DNA of 61,999 nt. It comes from a virus (lineage: Duplodnaviria; Caudoviricetes). Below, in pieces: positions 34,626 through 43,432 of the stretch (the first letter of the stretch is position 1; each line of letters starts with the position of its first letter). The translations under genes were made by a program, and so were the position numbers. The stretch spans positions 1 to 61,999 of IMG/VR virus record IMGVR_UViG_3300010413_000031. One strand, 5' to 3'. The notes under the pieces are model-generated. The model saw only the letters and a program-made list of their open reading frames with translations. It had not been told where the DNA came from and did not search any database.

Positions 34626-34879
34626 AGTGGCAGAAGGACAACTGTAGTTACAACGTAACAGTCGTAGGGTCCATCAGAAACATGCGAGAAGGCGAAGCCA
34701 CGCACTAGACATGAACCCTTCACTTATAGGAGGCACGTTGAAGGACAGTTGACCACATCTTGATTCAGCACCAATTCCGCGTGGCTCCCAGGCCCTGCGT
34801 GTGTATGTCATCCAATGGTGGCGGGCCATTGATGTATACGCGCAGGGCCGCCTTTATTTATACGCGCGTGTCTGGGGGT

Positions 34880-34905
34880 AGGGGGGTTGCGCTGTCGCTT
34901 AGATT
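34880..34905 (+). promoter_or_regulatory. Short-spacer promoter element 6
   Basis: AGGGGGG TTGCGC tgtcgct TAGATT. Confidence 0.7.
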
Positions 34906-34963
34906 AGATAAGCGCCGGGCCGACGGTCGGCCCCCACCACATACCACACACGGGAGAGAGCCA

Positions 34964-35275
34964 ATGGGACAGAAGGTTATCACACATGAGGCTGCCGCCA
35001 GAATCGCGCTGCTCGTAGGGCATATCCTCTGCGACTTGGCTGGCAATCGCTACCGGGGTTTCGGCATCCACTACACCACATGGCTGGAACAGTGCGGGGT
35101 CGTGCCCGATGAAGAGGGCGAGCTGCCCGAGATCGAGACGATACTCAGTCAGCTTGTCAAGCATTACCGCAACAAGAAGGGGTGCAGTAGTGACCCATGC
35201 GCTGTGTCATGGGTAGTTCGTGAGGCGTTCAAACAGTTGGGCCTAGACCTAGAAGGGGGTGAGCTACTGTGTTGA
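34964..35275 (+). CDS. Hypothetical protein
   Basis: GGGAGAG RBS after element 6. Confidence 0.55.
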   Translation: MGQKVITHEAAARIALLVGHILCDLAGNRYRGFGIHYTTWLEQCGVVPDEEGELPEIETILSQLVKHYRNKKGCSSDPCAVSWVVREAFKQLGLDLEGGELLC

Positions 35276-35484
35276 CATCGAGCCTAGTCACCAAGATGCG
35301 GGCGTTGGTGAGCCTGCATGAGGACGGCGGGCCAATGGCTGGGACGGAGCGTGCAGAGGCGGAGCTGGACCTCATGCATGAGATACACACCGAGCTGGAA
35401 GCGGTGCTTATTCCGTCCGGGCTGACGGCCCACCTGGTATTCACACGCGGCATCAAGAAGGGGGGTGAGAGCAAATGTCATTGA
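35269..35484 (+). CDS. Hypothetical protein
   Basis: Coupled ORF. Confidence 0.45.
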   Translation: MLTSSLVTKMRALVSLHEDGGPMAGTERAEAELDLMHEIHTELEAVLIPSGLTAHLVFTRGIKKGGESKCH

Positions 35485-35696
35485 TGTGGCATGACGGACC
35501 CACAGAGCGTGACATCGAGCGATTGAAGCTCATGCAGGACGCGCACAAGCTCCGCAAGGCATGGGTCGGGCACACACATCAGGAGCCGGGCTTGTTCGAG
35601 ACATGGGGTGAGGCTGCCCGCGTAGCTATCCCATGGGTTGCGCTAGGCATTGTGGTGACGGCCACGGTGCTAGGCATCTATGCATTGGTGAAGTAG
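35475..35696 (+). CDS. Small protein with C-terminal TM
   Basis: Hydrophobic C-terminus. Confidence 0.5.
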   Translation: MSLMWHDGPTERDIERLKLMQDAHKLRKAWVGHTHQEPGLFETWGEAARVAIPWVALGIVVTATVLGIYALVK

Positions 35697-35720
35697 GGGG
35701 GTTGACTGGCCGCCTAGATT
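35695..35720 (+). promoter_or_regulatory. Short-spacer promoter element 7
   Basis: AGGGGGG TTGACT ggccgcc TAGATT. Confidence 0.75.
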
Positions 35721-35765
35721 GGGACAGCGAGTCGAGCCAACCACCAACCCCTAGCAGGAGAGTGC

Positions 35766-35981
35766 ATGATGCGTACCATTGATCAGAATGCCCTACAGGA
35801 TGCGGACCACCGCAGGGCATACCGTGAGCTGGCCAAGGACATGGACGATCAACGCTTGTGTGATGTTGTCGGCAAGGTCGCCGCAAACCTTGGCCACCAA
35901 GGCAATACCGGATCGTCTGAGGCTGTGTATGAGTTGCTGCGGCGGTACGGCAAGCTCTATCACATGGAGGGCACCAAATGA
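35766..35981 (+). CDS. Hypothetical protein
   Basis: AGGAG RBS after element 7. Confidence 0.55.
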   Translation: MMRTIDQNALQDADHRRAYRELAKDMDDQRLCDVVGKVAANLGHQGNTGSSEAVYELLRRYGKLYHMEGTK

Positions 35982-36184
35982 TCCACCGCATACCTGAGCC
36001 TGAGCAAGGCAGCCCCGATCCCCGTGAATGGGTCGACCCCATGGAATTGGTGGACCGGATTGATGAGTGCCCGCAAGTGGCCATCTTGCAGGGGGTTAGC
36101 GACTCCTGCCAAAATGGCATGCCAAGAGAAGTGGGCACAAGGGAAGAGGACCAACCACATCACTTTAACCGGGGCCAGCTATGA
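35978..36184 (+). CDS. Hypothetical protein
   Basis: ATGA coupling, GGAGG RBS. Confidence 0.4.
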   Translation: MIHRIPEPEQGSPDPREWVDPMELVDRIDECPQVAILQGVSDSCQNGMPREVGTREEDQPHHFNRGQL

Positions 36185-36293
36185 TGTTGGCCCTCACATT
36201 CTTAGCGTTGCTCGTAATCGCTTCGGGCACCCATTCCGACTGGCGCTGACCCCATACATAGGCGCGCACGCGCACGCACGCGCGTATAGCGGC

Positions 36294-36319
36294 AGGGGGG
36301 TTGACAGCGCCACTACCTT
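36294..36319 (+). promoter_or_regulatory. Short-spacer promoter element 8
   Basis: AGGGGGG TTGACA gcgccac TACCTT. Confidence 0.75.
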
Positions 36320-36370
36320 GGAAAAGCGGCGACAGTGCCGCGACACTATCACCCATACACGGAGGCGATC

Positions 36371-36625
36371 ATGTTACAGTGGAAAGCGGCAGGCAAATCC
36401 AGTGGCGGGAACCCGAAGTGGGAAGCCGACAACATCACTGACGGCCACGGCACCAAGCTCATCCATTACGGGGACGAGCCGCCCACATCGCTGGAGATTG
36501 GCGCTCCGGCCAAGGCCAAGGCCAAGAAAGGCAAGGCGGACAGCGATGGGGCCGAAACCTTGGCCAAGAACCTGGGAATCTCGGTCGAGAAGGCGCGCCA
36601 GCTCATGACGCGCGATCTGTCATAG
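36371..36625 (+). CDS. Small protein with C-terminal HTH
   Basis: ETLAKNLGISVEKARQLM; GGAGG RBS. Confidence 0.6.
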   Translation: MLQWKAAGKSSGGNPKWEADNITDGHGTKLIHYGDEPPTSLEIGAPAKAKAKKGKADSDGAETLAKNLGISVEKARQLMTRDLS

Positions 36626-36650
36626 GGCCAAGGGTCCCATACCTTCCCTC

Positions 36651-36672
36651 AGGGGGGCCTTTGGCCCCCCTT
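36651..36672 (+). terminator. GC-rich hairpin ending the accessory region
   Basis: AGGGGGGCC-TTT-GGCCCCCCT; short U-tract. Confidence 0.4.
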
Positions 36673-36865
36673 CGGGGGAGCGCGGGAGGGTCCATGCGTA
36701 GTCTGGCCCGAAAAACACGCTCAAAACACCAATTCCCGGAGTCTCGGTCCTGGGTAGGGCACTAAATGGGCTATTTACTGTCTGTATTCTACCTCTCTTG
36801 CGGGGGAACAATCTAGGAGGTAGGGTGTACTATCCCCCAACACTCACCCTTAGGAGCGATTTCGC

Positions 36866-37195
36866 ATGACGAAGGACGAAAATTGGCCCTCCCGTACCCG
36901 AAAATGGAACTGTCCGGAGGGTCAAGTCTACTGGCGCGTCTCAGAGAAGGACGGCAAGCCCTATTTTGTAGAGGGGCACGTAGGAAAGGCGGGAGGAGGA
37001 GCGGTCTACGCGGCTATAAACGCGATTGGGGCCCTCGCAGGAAGGGCTCTAAGGACCGGAACGAGTCCCAGGAAGCTCATAATCTTCCTCAAGGGCATAG
37101 CTGTGTGCTCTCTGGACGACATCGCCCGAGGGGAATTTGACGCACAAAGCGTGCCAGACGCCCTGGCAAGGACGTTGGAAGAGTTCTATCCCTAA
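36866..37195 (+). CDS. Stand-alone TSCPD domain (class II RNR C-terminal-like)
   Basis: GKAGG...AIGALAGRALRTG...LKGI...SVPDALARTL. Confidence 0.7.
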   Translation: MTKDENWPSRTRKWNCPEGQVYWRVSEKDGKPYFVEGHVGKAGGGAVYAAINAIGALAGRALRTGTSPRKLIIFLKGIAVCSLDDIARGEFDAQSVPDALARTLEEFYP

Positions 37196-37218
37196 CTAAG
37201 CAAATAACTTAGTAAGGT

Positions 37219-37554
37219 TTAGAGCTGTCGGCCACAAGACTGGCAGGTCTCTCCCGGAATTCCTGTTCCTATGATAGGAGTCCATGCTCCACCCACCGGG
37301 ACGTGGCAGTCTTCGCATGGAGCCTCCTTAAAGGGGGTCTCCGGCACGTCTGTACCCAGCACTATACCCCCTATCCTGTTCATCTCTGCCAGGAAGGCGG
37401 GCAACTGGTTGTCGAACACGACCAACCGCTCCCTTCTCTCTCCGGCAGTCCCATTGATTGACAGGTAACCAGCCCCGTTTTTGGCGTGGCCGCGATTGAA
37501 GTAGAACGACTTCCCGTTGAGGCTCAGCGTCCCCAAAGTCTGCAGCTTGGTCAT
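37219..37554 (-). CDS. PUR/DUF3276-like single-stranded nucleic-acid-binding protein with Zn ribbon
   Basis: GKSFYFN...YLSIN...RERLVVFDNQLPAFLAEM; CEDC...CQSC. Confidence 0.6.
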   Translation of the reverse strand: MTKLQTLGTLSLNGKSFYFNRGHAKNGAGYLSINGTAGERRERLVVFDNQLPAFLAEMNRIGGIVLGTDVPETPFKEAPCEDCHVPVGGAWTPIIGTGIPGETCQSCGRQL

Positions 37555-37621
37555 GCTCATCTCCCCCAACTAGACCTACAGAGTGCCTATTATAATAAGG
37601 CACGGTCCGCACCGTGCCATT

Positions 37622-37649
37622 ATAATACTCAGATTCGGGGGCTTGTCAA
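37622..37649 (-). promoter_or_regulatory. Sigma70-type promoter for the minus-strand PUR-like gene
   Basis: Minus strand TTGACA-16 bp-TATTAT (TATAAT at 19 bp). Confidence 0.6.
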
Positions 37650-37848
37650 GGGTTGGGGGTGGATGGCCCCCAAGGGACCTTGCATGCCAATGTGGCAGGT
37701 CTTTATACTGGGAGCGTAGGCCGTCCCCGCATTCTCGGCTTACAGCAGGACCTCCTCTAGTTGGTCCGGTGCTCCTCCTTGTGTGCAGGGCTCTGGCGCT
37801 CCCTCCCAGAGTCCTGTACCTTATATGGGTAATAACCACGGGGGAAGC

Positions 37849-38175
37849 ATGAATTTGAACAATATATGGTACTGGGTTCACAACGAGAGCCCACCACTCG
37901 CCAACCTCATCCTCACGGCCGGAACTCATTGCGTCATCACCTTTGCCTGCGGCCTGCTTGGCTGGGCCGACCGTGCCGCGTTCGCCTATATATTCAAGGA
38001 GGGAGGTCCTCTGGTCACAGCCGTCTTCCAGAAGGATCGCCTCGCGTACCTCAAGCGTAAGTACACCCCTTCACCCCAGCAGGTCCAGCGGGGTTGGACT
38101 ACTGCCTGGGTCGTAGCGGACTCTGTCGCGGATGTTTTGGGTCCGTGCCTGGTCTGGTTCTTCATGGGAGGATAG
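37849..38175 (+). CDS. Hypothetical membrane protein
   Basis: Hydrophobic segments; coupled to the next gene. Confidence 0.5.
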   Translation: MNLNNIWYWVHNESPPLANLILTAGTHCVITFACGLLGWADRAAFAYIFKEGGPLVTAVFQKDRLAYLKRKYTPSPQQVQRGWTTAWVVADSVADVLGPCLVWFFMGG

Positions 38176-38176
38176 G

Positions 38177-38488
38177 ATGCCGGTTACACCAGAGGATCTA
38201 AAGGCACTCAGTTCTGACAGGCTCTCCTACCTGGCTGATCAGCTCGTGCTGGTCGGCTACGTCCTGGGGCGCCTTGCTCTTATCGAAGTATGCATCGACG
38301 AGGGAGCCACCCCTACGGCTAAAGCTCAGGCAGGCCGTGCCTTGACACAGATTGGTGAGAGTCCCCAAACTATTGTGGACAGGCTCAAGGGAAGCAAGTT
38401 CGCTGACAAGTCCCCGGAGCAGCTGCGCGACTACATCCAGAAGCTGAGGGATGAGGACATGCTGCTCGACACACTCTCGCAGGAGTAA
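38177..38488 (+). CDS. Possible terminase small subunit / helical protein
   Basis: Helical, at the head of the late region; weak positional inference. Confidence 0.35.
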   Translation: MPVTPEDLKALSSDRLSYLADQLVLVGYVLGRLALIEVCIDEGATPTAKAQAGRALTQIGESPQTIVDRLKGSKFADKSPEQLRDYIQKLRDEDMLLDTLSQE

Positions 38489-38494
38489 AGGATA

Positions 38495-40663
38495 ATGGCT
38501 ACGACTCAGGGTCAGATCACCCTCGATGAGGCCGCGACCATTGATAAGCGGCTACACACAGTAACGAGGACATCTGAGACTGTCACCAAGCACAACGAGG
38601 TCATGTGCATCATCGATCCGGATGATGGTGACGACACATCCATAGTTCGTGTCTTGGCGGCAGACCCCAGCGCTAGTGACGAAGGAATGGTCGTAAGGCC
38701 CCTCCAGGCCACGCACGACCTGCTGAATGCGAACGCCAACCTTCAGGTTGGTAACACTGATGTGGGGTCCACTAACCCGGTAGACGTTCAGATAGGTGAT
38801 GGCACCAATCAGGCTACCGTCACGGCAGGAGGTGACCTTCAGGTCACGCTGGACAGCGAAACCATTACTGTCACGGCCACGGATCTCGACATCCGTAACC
38901 TGAGTTCCGGCCAGGACAGTGTGGACACGGAGCTTCCAGCCGCTGCCGCTCTGTCTGACGCCTTCGCCAACCCGACTGCCCCCGCCGTCGGCGCCTTCCT
39001 GATGGGCTATGACGGTGCGACGGATTGGGAGCGGGTCCAGGTTACAGGCGGGGCGGTGCATGTGCATGACGGTGGCGGTACGATCTCGGTGGACGGCACC
39101 GTTACGGCCGATGCGGGCAGTGGCCCGTGGCCGGTCACAGACAACGCTGGCTCTTTGACGGTCGACGCCCCTACGAGCACACCCGTCAATGTGCAGGTGG
39201 GTGACGGTACCAACCAGGCCTCTGTTACAGCGGGTGGAGATCTCCAGATCACACTCGCCGGAGAGTCCGTTACGGTAACCGGCACAGTCACAGCCGATCA
39301 GGGCACCCCCCAGACAGCCGCCAACGGCTGGCCTATCCGGGCCTCTGACGGCTCCAACCTGATCAACGTGGGTGACAACGCCAACTCTGCGGTCAGGGTC
39401 AACATCGTTGCCGGTGCGGCAGGAGGCGTAACCCACACGGACGATGCGGTCTTCACTGGCGCGTCGGACGACATCGTGCCTATGGGAGCCCTCTACGACA
39501 CGACTCCCCCAACCATCACGGACGGTAACGCCGGTATCCCGAGGATGAACTCCTCCCGACAGCTCTATGTTGATATAGCAGCTGCGTCGGCGGGAGCCTT
39601 GGCAGTCAGCGCAACCGACCTCGACATCCGCAACTTGACCCCCGCTACCGACACGGTGCAGATCGGTGATGGTACCGAGACTGCCCTCGTCACAGCTGCG
39701 GGAAGCCTGGCGATAGATATTGCCGAGGCCTCTGCCACAGTAACGGTCTCCGCCACAGACCTGGACATTCGCAACCTCTCCAGCGGTCAGGACAGCGTTG
39801 ATACCGAGTTGCCTGCCGCCGCAGCCTTGACCGATGCGTTCGCTAACCCCACAGCTCCAGCGGTGGGCGCGTTCCTCATGGGCTGGGATGGCTCCACAGA
39901 CTGGGAGCGCCTGCAGAACACATCCGGAGCCCTCCACATCCACGACGGCGGCAACACTATTACAGTAGACGGAACTGTCACAGCCAATGCCGGTTCCGGC
40001 CCATGGCCAGTGACGGATAACGCTGGAAGCCTCACGGTGGACGCGCCTGTGGGTACTCCAGTAAACGTACAGCTCAGCGATGGAACCGATACGGCCATCA
40101 TCAACGGTTCCGGTCACCTGGCCATCGACATCGCCACAGCCACAGCCACGGTTCCTGTCTCTGCCGCCTCTCCTCTTGAGGTGGTGGGAGATGTGGCGGA
40201 TGACGTTGCTGCGGCCGGTAACCCTGTACTGCAGGGTGGTGTGGCCCGTACAACTGACCGTACCGCCGTTGCTGCGGGAGATGCGGTTTACACCAGCCAC
40301 GACATCCTGGGTAAGGTGGTTACCAGCCCGTACACAGCCCCCGACCAGATTGTCTGGGGCAACCTGACGAAGTCTACTACTGGCTATGCCACCCTGGTCT
40401 CCGCTCCGGGCGCTGGCGTCCGTAACTATATCACCAGCGTGAGCATCTCCAACAGCAGTGGTACAGCCACTCTATGCACCCTGCGCGATAGCGTGACGAC
40501 CGCCAACAGCATGTCGTTCTACTGCGCGGCCAGTGGTGGTGGTGCCTCGCACGTAATGCCCGTGCCGTGGAGGCTCACAGCCAACGCGGCTCTGGAGGTC
40601 GATATTGGTGCGGCCCTGTCGTCCCTGTACTTCACAGCTCAGGGCTTCAAGGCTGCCGCCTAA
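38495..40663 (+). CDS. Repeat-rich beta-structured virion accessory (fibre-like) protein
   Basis: Thr/Ala/Gly/Val-rich; ~120 aa internal duplication. Confidence 0.65.
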   Translation: MATTQGQITLDEAATIDKRLHTVTRTSETVTKHNEVMCIIDPDDGDDTSIVRVLAADPSASDEGMVVRPLQATHDLLNANANLQVGNTDVGSTNPVDVQIGDGTNQATVTAGGDLQVTLDSETITVTATDLDIRNLSSGQDSVDTELPAAAALSDAFANPTAPAVGAFLMGYDGATDWERVQVTGGAVHVHDGGGTISVDGTVTADAGSGPWPVTDNAGSLTVDAPTSTPVNVQVGDGTNQASVTAGGDLQITLAGESVTVTGTVTADQGTPQTAANGWPIRASDGSNLINVGDNANSAVRVNIVAGAAGGVTHTDDAVFTGASDDIVPMGALYDTTPPTITDGNAGIPRMNSSRQLYVDIAAASAGALAVSATDLDIRNLTPATDTVQIGDGTETALVTAAGSLAIDIAEASATVTVSATDLDIRNLSSGQDSVDTELPAAAALTDAFANPTAPAVGAFLMGWDGSTDWERLQNTSGALHIHDGGNTITVDGTVTANAGSGPWPVTDNAGSLTVDAPVGTPVNVQLSDGTDTAIINGSGHLAIDIATATATVPVSAASPLEVVGDVADDVAAAGNPVLQGGVARTTDRTAVAAGDAVYTSHDILGKVVTSPYTAPDQIVWGNLTKSTTGYATLVSAPGAGVRNYITSVSISNSSGTATLCTLRDSVTTANSMSFYCAASGGGASHVMPVPWRLTANAALEVDIGAALSSLYFTAQGFKAAA
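38865..40095 (+). repeat. Intragenic duplication, two ~360-bp copies 876 bp apart
   Basis: ATDLDIRNLSSGQDSVDTELPAAAAL...GPWPVTDNAGSLTVDAP occurs twice with synonymous divergence. Confidence 0.85.
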
Positions 40664-40673
40664 GGAGGAACAT

Positions 40674-40970
40674 ATGCCTTTGATCGCACGCTTGATGGGC
40701 CTGGACGAAGAGGTAAATGGACCCAGGCTCCCGGTCCATCAGTACGTGGCCAGTGTTGCGGAGGTGGCTAGGGGGAACGCTTCGGCCGCCCCGCTGATAG
40801 CCTTCTACAGCCTGGATGCGGAGGAGCAGGCACAGACCCAGACGCTTATCGATGCCGTCGAGGGCGGCCAGCTCACACGCATCGAAGTGCATGATGTACT
40901 CCTAATGGCTGAGTCTGGGGCCCCTCCCTATACCACTGTGATAGCGGTAGAGACCAGGCTAGGACTGTAA
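40674..40970 (+). CDS. Hypothetical protein (possible chaperone)
   Basis: AAGGAGG RBS. Confidence 0.6.
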   Translation: MPLIARLMGLDEEVNGPRLPVHQYVASVAEVARGNASAAPLIAFYSLDAEEQAQTQTLIDAVEGGQLTRIEVHDVLLMAESGAPPYTTVIAVETRLGL

Positions 40971-42761
40971 ATGGCTCTATCCACAAAGGTTACCTCGTTT
41001 GAGTGGACACAGGGGTCGTCTGCGAATATTGATGTCACTTGCGGCTTTCAGCCCAAGTTTGTGATCCTCTGGACGAGCGGTAACGACGGTGCTACTGATG
41101 AAGTCGAGCGTGCGGATCTAGAGGGCTGCATCGGCGTTTTCGCGGATGATGGTACGCGGTGGGTGTATGCCAGCCGGAGCCGGGATTCGGTGGGCACGTC
41201 TTCCGCTGCCTCTGTCTTGAGTGACGCGGCTTGCGTGGCAGAACTGGACAGTGACACACCCGCTATTACAGGCGCATTGGATATTGACGCGAAGGTGAAC
41301 TGGCCCGGTACAGGCTTCCGCCTCAATGTAGACGATACGTCCGACCGGACTAAGCGAGTGTTCGTACTGGCTGTCGGTGGCAGTGACATCAGCAATGCTA
41401 AGGCGGGTGTTACTCTTGCTCCTACAGCAGTGGGCACCCAGAATGTTACCGATCCTGGCTTTGACACTGATGCTGTATTGCTTGCGGTCACACCTCTTTC
41501 TTCCGCTCCTCCGCAGGTATACAATCCCGCTGGTTTCACTCTCGGTATGGGAGCCGTTCAGGGTGGATCGCATCCAGAATTTGTGATGATGGGTGCGTCC
41601 GAGGACAACTCAAGTAGCGGCTCTGCTGTGGGATATTCGTACGGCGGGGAGTGCGGTGCAACTCACACGCTGACACCCAATGATGTATGGCAGCGATGCC
41701 GTCTTGAGGGCACCATCACAAGCGGATTCCAGCTCTACTGGTACGAGGCCGGAACTACCCAGCGATATTTTGCTTGGCTGGCTCTTGCCGGAACCGCCCA
41801 GTTCTGGGTTGACAGCTTCACCCAGGATACGTTGACGGTTGACGACCAGATAGCGCGCACCGGGTATGGCGAGACTCCTGGTGCGGTCCTGGTTGCTACA
41901 CGGTGCCAGCAGCAGGCTACGCAGAATACGATTCAGGCCTGGAACAGGATTAGTGTGGGAGCGGCGACATCCACGACAGAGCGCGCAGCTGCGGCATGGG
42001 TTCAGCAGACCGGCCTCAGTACCACTCGTATAGTAAGGGCCGCTGAATATGATGCTGTGGGTGTGCTCCCAAGCTGGGTTTCACCAGCCACGCAGGGCCC
42101 CGTCACTATTGATTATACGAGCGTCAAGAGCGCCGGTTCGTGGACTAACCTGGCCAATGTCGCGTCCAATGACAGCAACTTTGCTACTGCCAATCCCCCT
42201 GAGGTAGTTACGGGCACCATCGAAGTAGATGACGCGCCTGGAGATTACGGCGGAAGTACGATAGGTGACGTATACTTCGAGATCAATTGGCGGGTACAGG
42301 GCTCCGGCACCCAGAAGCGCGGCAAGTACTGCACGCTCAACTGGCGTAAGGCTGATACCACGCTCATTCATACATACACTACTCCTATAGTGGAAGGTAC
42401 TACCGAGCGCACTGACACCCAAACAGCAGGACCGGCGTCTGGCACATCCAGTCTGACAACGGCCGAGTGGAACAATTCGTACATCGAGCTTATTGCGCAG
42501 GAGGAGGGCGGAGGTCCAGATGACTACTACGTGCAGGTAGACTACCTCAAGATAGAGGTTGAATACCTGGATGACTCGGGCGGAGCTACCACTGACGGAA
42601 AGCTTGACGTCTACAGCTTCGACTCCGACGGAGTCACCTTTGTGAACGATGAGGCGCTCTCCCAAAGTTGGTTTGTGGGCGTCTTCGCCGTCCTGCCGCC
42701 CGGCGAGGCCCCTCTCACGGCCATCAAGATGGAGCCGATGAGGATCAGTAGGGATTGGTAA
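40971..42761 (+). CDS. Beta-rich virion accessory / receptor-binding-like protein
   Basis: CGFQPKFVILW; repeated beta-sandwich-like units. Confidence 0.55.
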   Translation: MALSTKVTSFEWTQGSSANIDVTCGFQPKFVILWTSGNDGATDEVERADLEGCIGVFADDGTRWVYASRSRDSVGTSSAASVLSDAACVAELDSDTPAITGALDIDAKVNWPGTGFRLNVDDTSDRTKRVFVLAVGGSDISNAKAGVTLAPTAVGTQNVTDPGFDTDAVLLAVTPLSSAPPQVYNPAGFTLGMGAVQGGSHPEFVMMGASEDNSSSGSAVGYSYGGECGATHTLTPNDVWQRCRLEGTITSGFQLYWYEAGTTQRYFAWLALAGTAQFWVDSFTQDTLTVDDQIARTGYGETPGAVLVATRCQQQATQNTIQAWNRISVGAATSTTERAAAAWVQQTGLSTTRIVRAAEYDAVGVLPSWVSPATQGPVTIDYTSVKSAGSWTNLANVASNDSNFATANPPEVVTGTIEVDDAPGDYGGSTIGDVYFEINWRVQGSGTQKRGKYCTLNWRKADTTLIHTYTTPIVEGTTERTDTQTAGPASGTSSLTTAEWNNSYIELIAQEEGGGPDDYYVQVDYLKIEVEYLDDSGGATTDGKLDVYSFDSDGVTFVNDEALSQSWFVGVFAVLPPGEAPLTAIKMEPMRISRDW

Positions 42762-42780
42762 CTACAACGAGGAGGACACA

Positions 42781-43149
42781 ATGGAAGCGGGGAGGAAGTT
42801 GACTATCACGGTGGATGGTCTGTATACTCGTATTGGCAAGCTGGAGGTCGAGAAGAAGCTCCTGACCGATGCCAACGGCGCCCTGGAAAGGGCTGTCAGC
42901 GAGTATAGAGACCTTCTGAGCAAGACGTCCCGAGTAGCGGGAGAGGCCCTAAAGGCCTTGCAAATCCTAGGCTTTGAGGAGATAGCAGATGCGATTCGTA
43001 AGGGTGATCCTTGGAAAGATCCGCGCATGGATGCTGAGGAGGCTGAAGGCGGATCACTACAAGCTGGATCAGTGGCTGGCGCTGGACTCGGTGAAGATGG
43101 TGGAGGAGATCTACCGGAGGCACACACCGGACCTGGTGCGGAGGCATAG
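42781..43149 (+). CDS. Hypothetical coiled-coil protein
   Basis: GAGGAGG RBS. Confidence 0.55.
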   Translation: MEAGRKLTITVDGLYTRIGKLEVEKKLLTDANGALERAVSEYRDLLSKTSRVAGEALKALQILGFEEIADAIRKGDPWKDPRMDAEEAEGGSLQAGSVAGAGLGEDGGGDLPEAHTGPGAEA

Positions 43150-43279
43150 GGACATAGACGAGCGGAAGGCTCTGGAAAATCTGTACCAGGCGTGCCAGAA
43201 GTCTGCCGGTCTGTCTGGATACGAACTGCGGTTCACGCTCTACTACTTCCTGGGGCGCGACCGCCAGCTGTGGAATTAA
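42989..43279 (+). CDS. Hypothetical protein
   Basis: GAGGAG RBS, overlaps upstream ORF. Confidence 0.45.
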   Translation: MRFVRVILGKIRAWMLRRLKADHYKLDQWLALDSVKMVEEIYRRHTPDLVRRHRDIDERKALENLYQACQKSAGLSGYELRFTLYYFLGRDRQLWN

Positions 43280-43282
43280 GCC

Positions 43283-43432
43283 ATGCCGAGTGCGTGGGCG
43301 CATGAGTACTTCTGGAAGGACCAGGGCGAGGCTCCAGTCGCTGGTCCTTCACTCACAGCCATGGCCCGTATTCTAGGGCCCCCACTGGTAGCCAGCCTGC
43401 TGCTGCTGCTGCTACCGGGAGTGTTGTTCTAA
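43283..43432 (+). CDS. Microprotein (49 aa) with C-terminal hydrophobic anchor
   Basis: MPSAWAHEYFWKDQ...LLLLLLPGVLF; TAATG coupling. Confidence 0.5.
   Translation: MPSAWAHEYFWKDQGEAPVAGPSLTAMARILGPPLVASLLLLLLPGVLF

Noticed and set aside
21917-36319. CRISPR array or sigma54 promoter interpretation of the repeated motif
   Set aside because: Copies are dispersed at gene boundaries with no regular spacers, and lack the TGGCAC-N5-TTGC consensus
38865-40095. Diversity-generating retroelement TR/VR pair
   Set aside because: Both copies are in frame in one gene, differences are mostly synonymous rather than adenine-specific, and no reverse transcriptase is present
38552-40300. Long minus-strand ORFs (also 3742-4830, 44002-45102, 49153-50082, 59163-60146)
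   Set aside because: Antisense shadows of GC3-biased + strand genes, with no motifs or RBS
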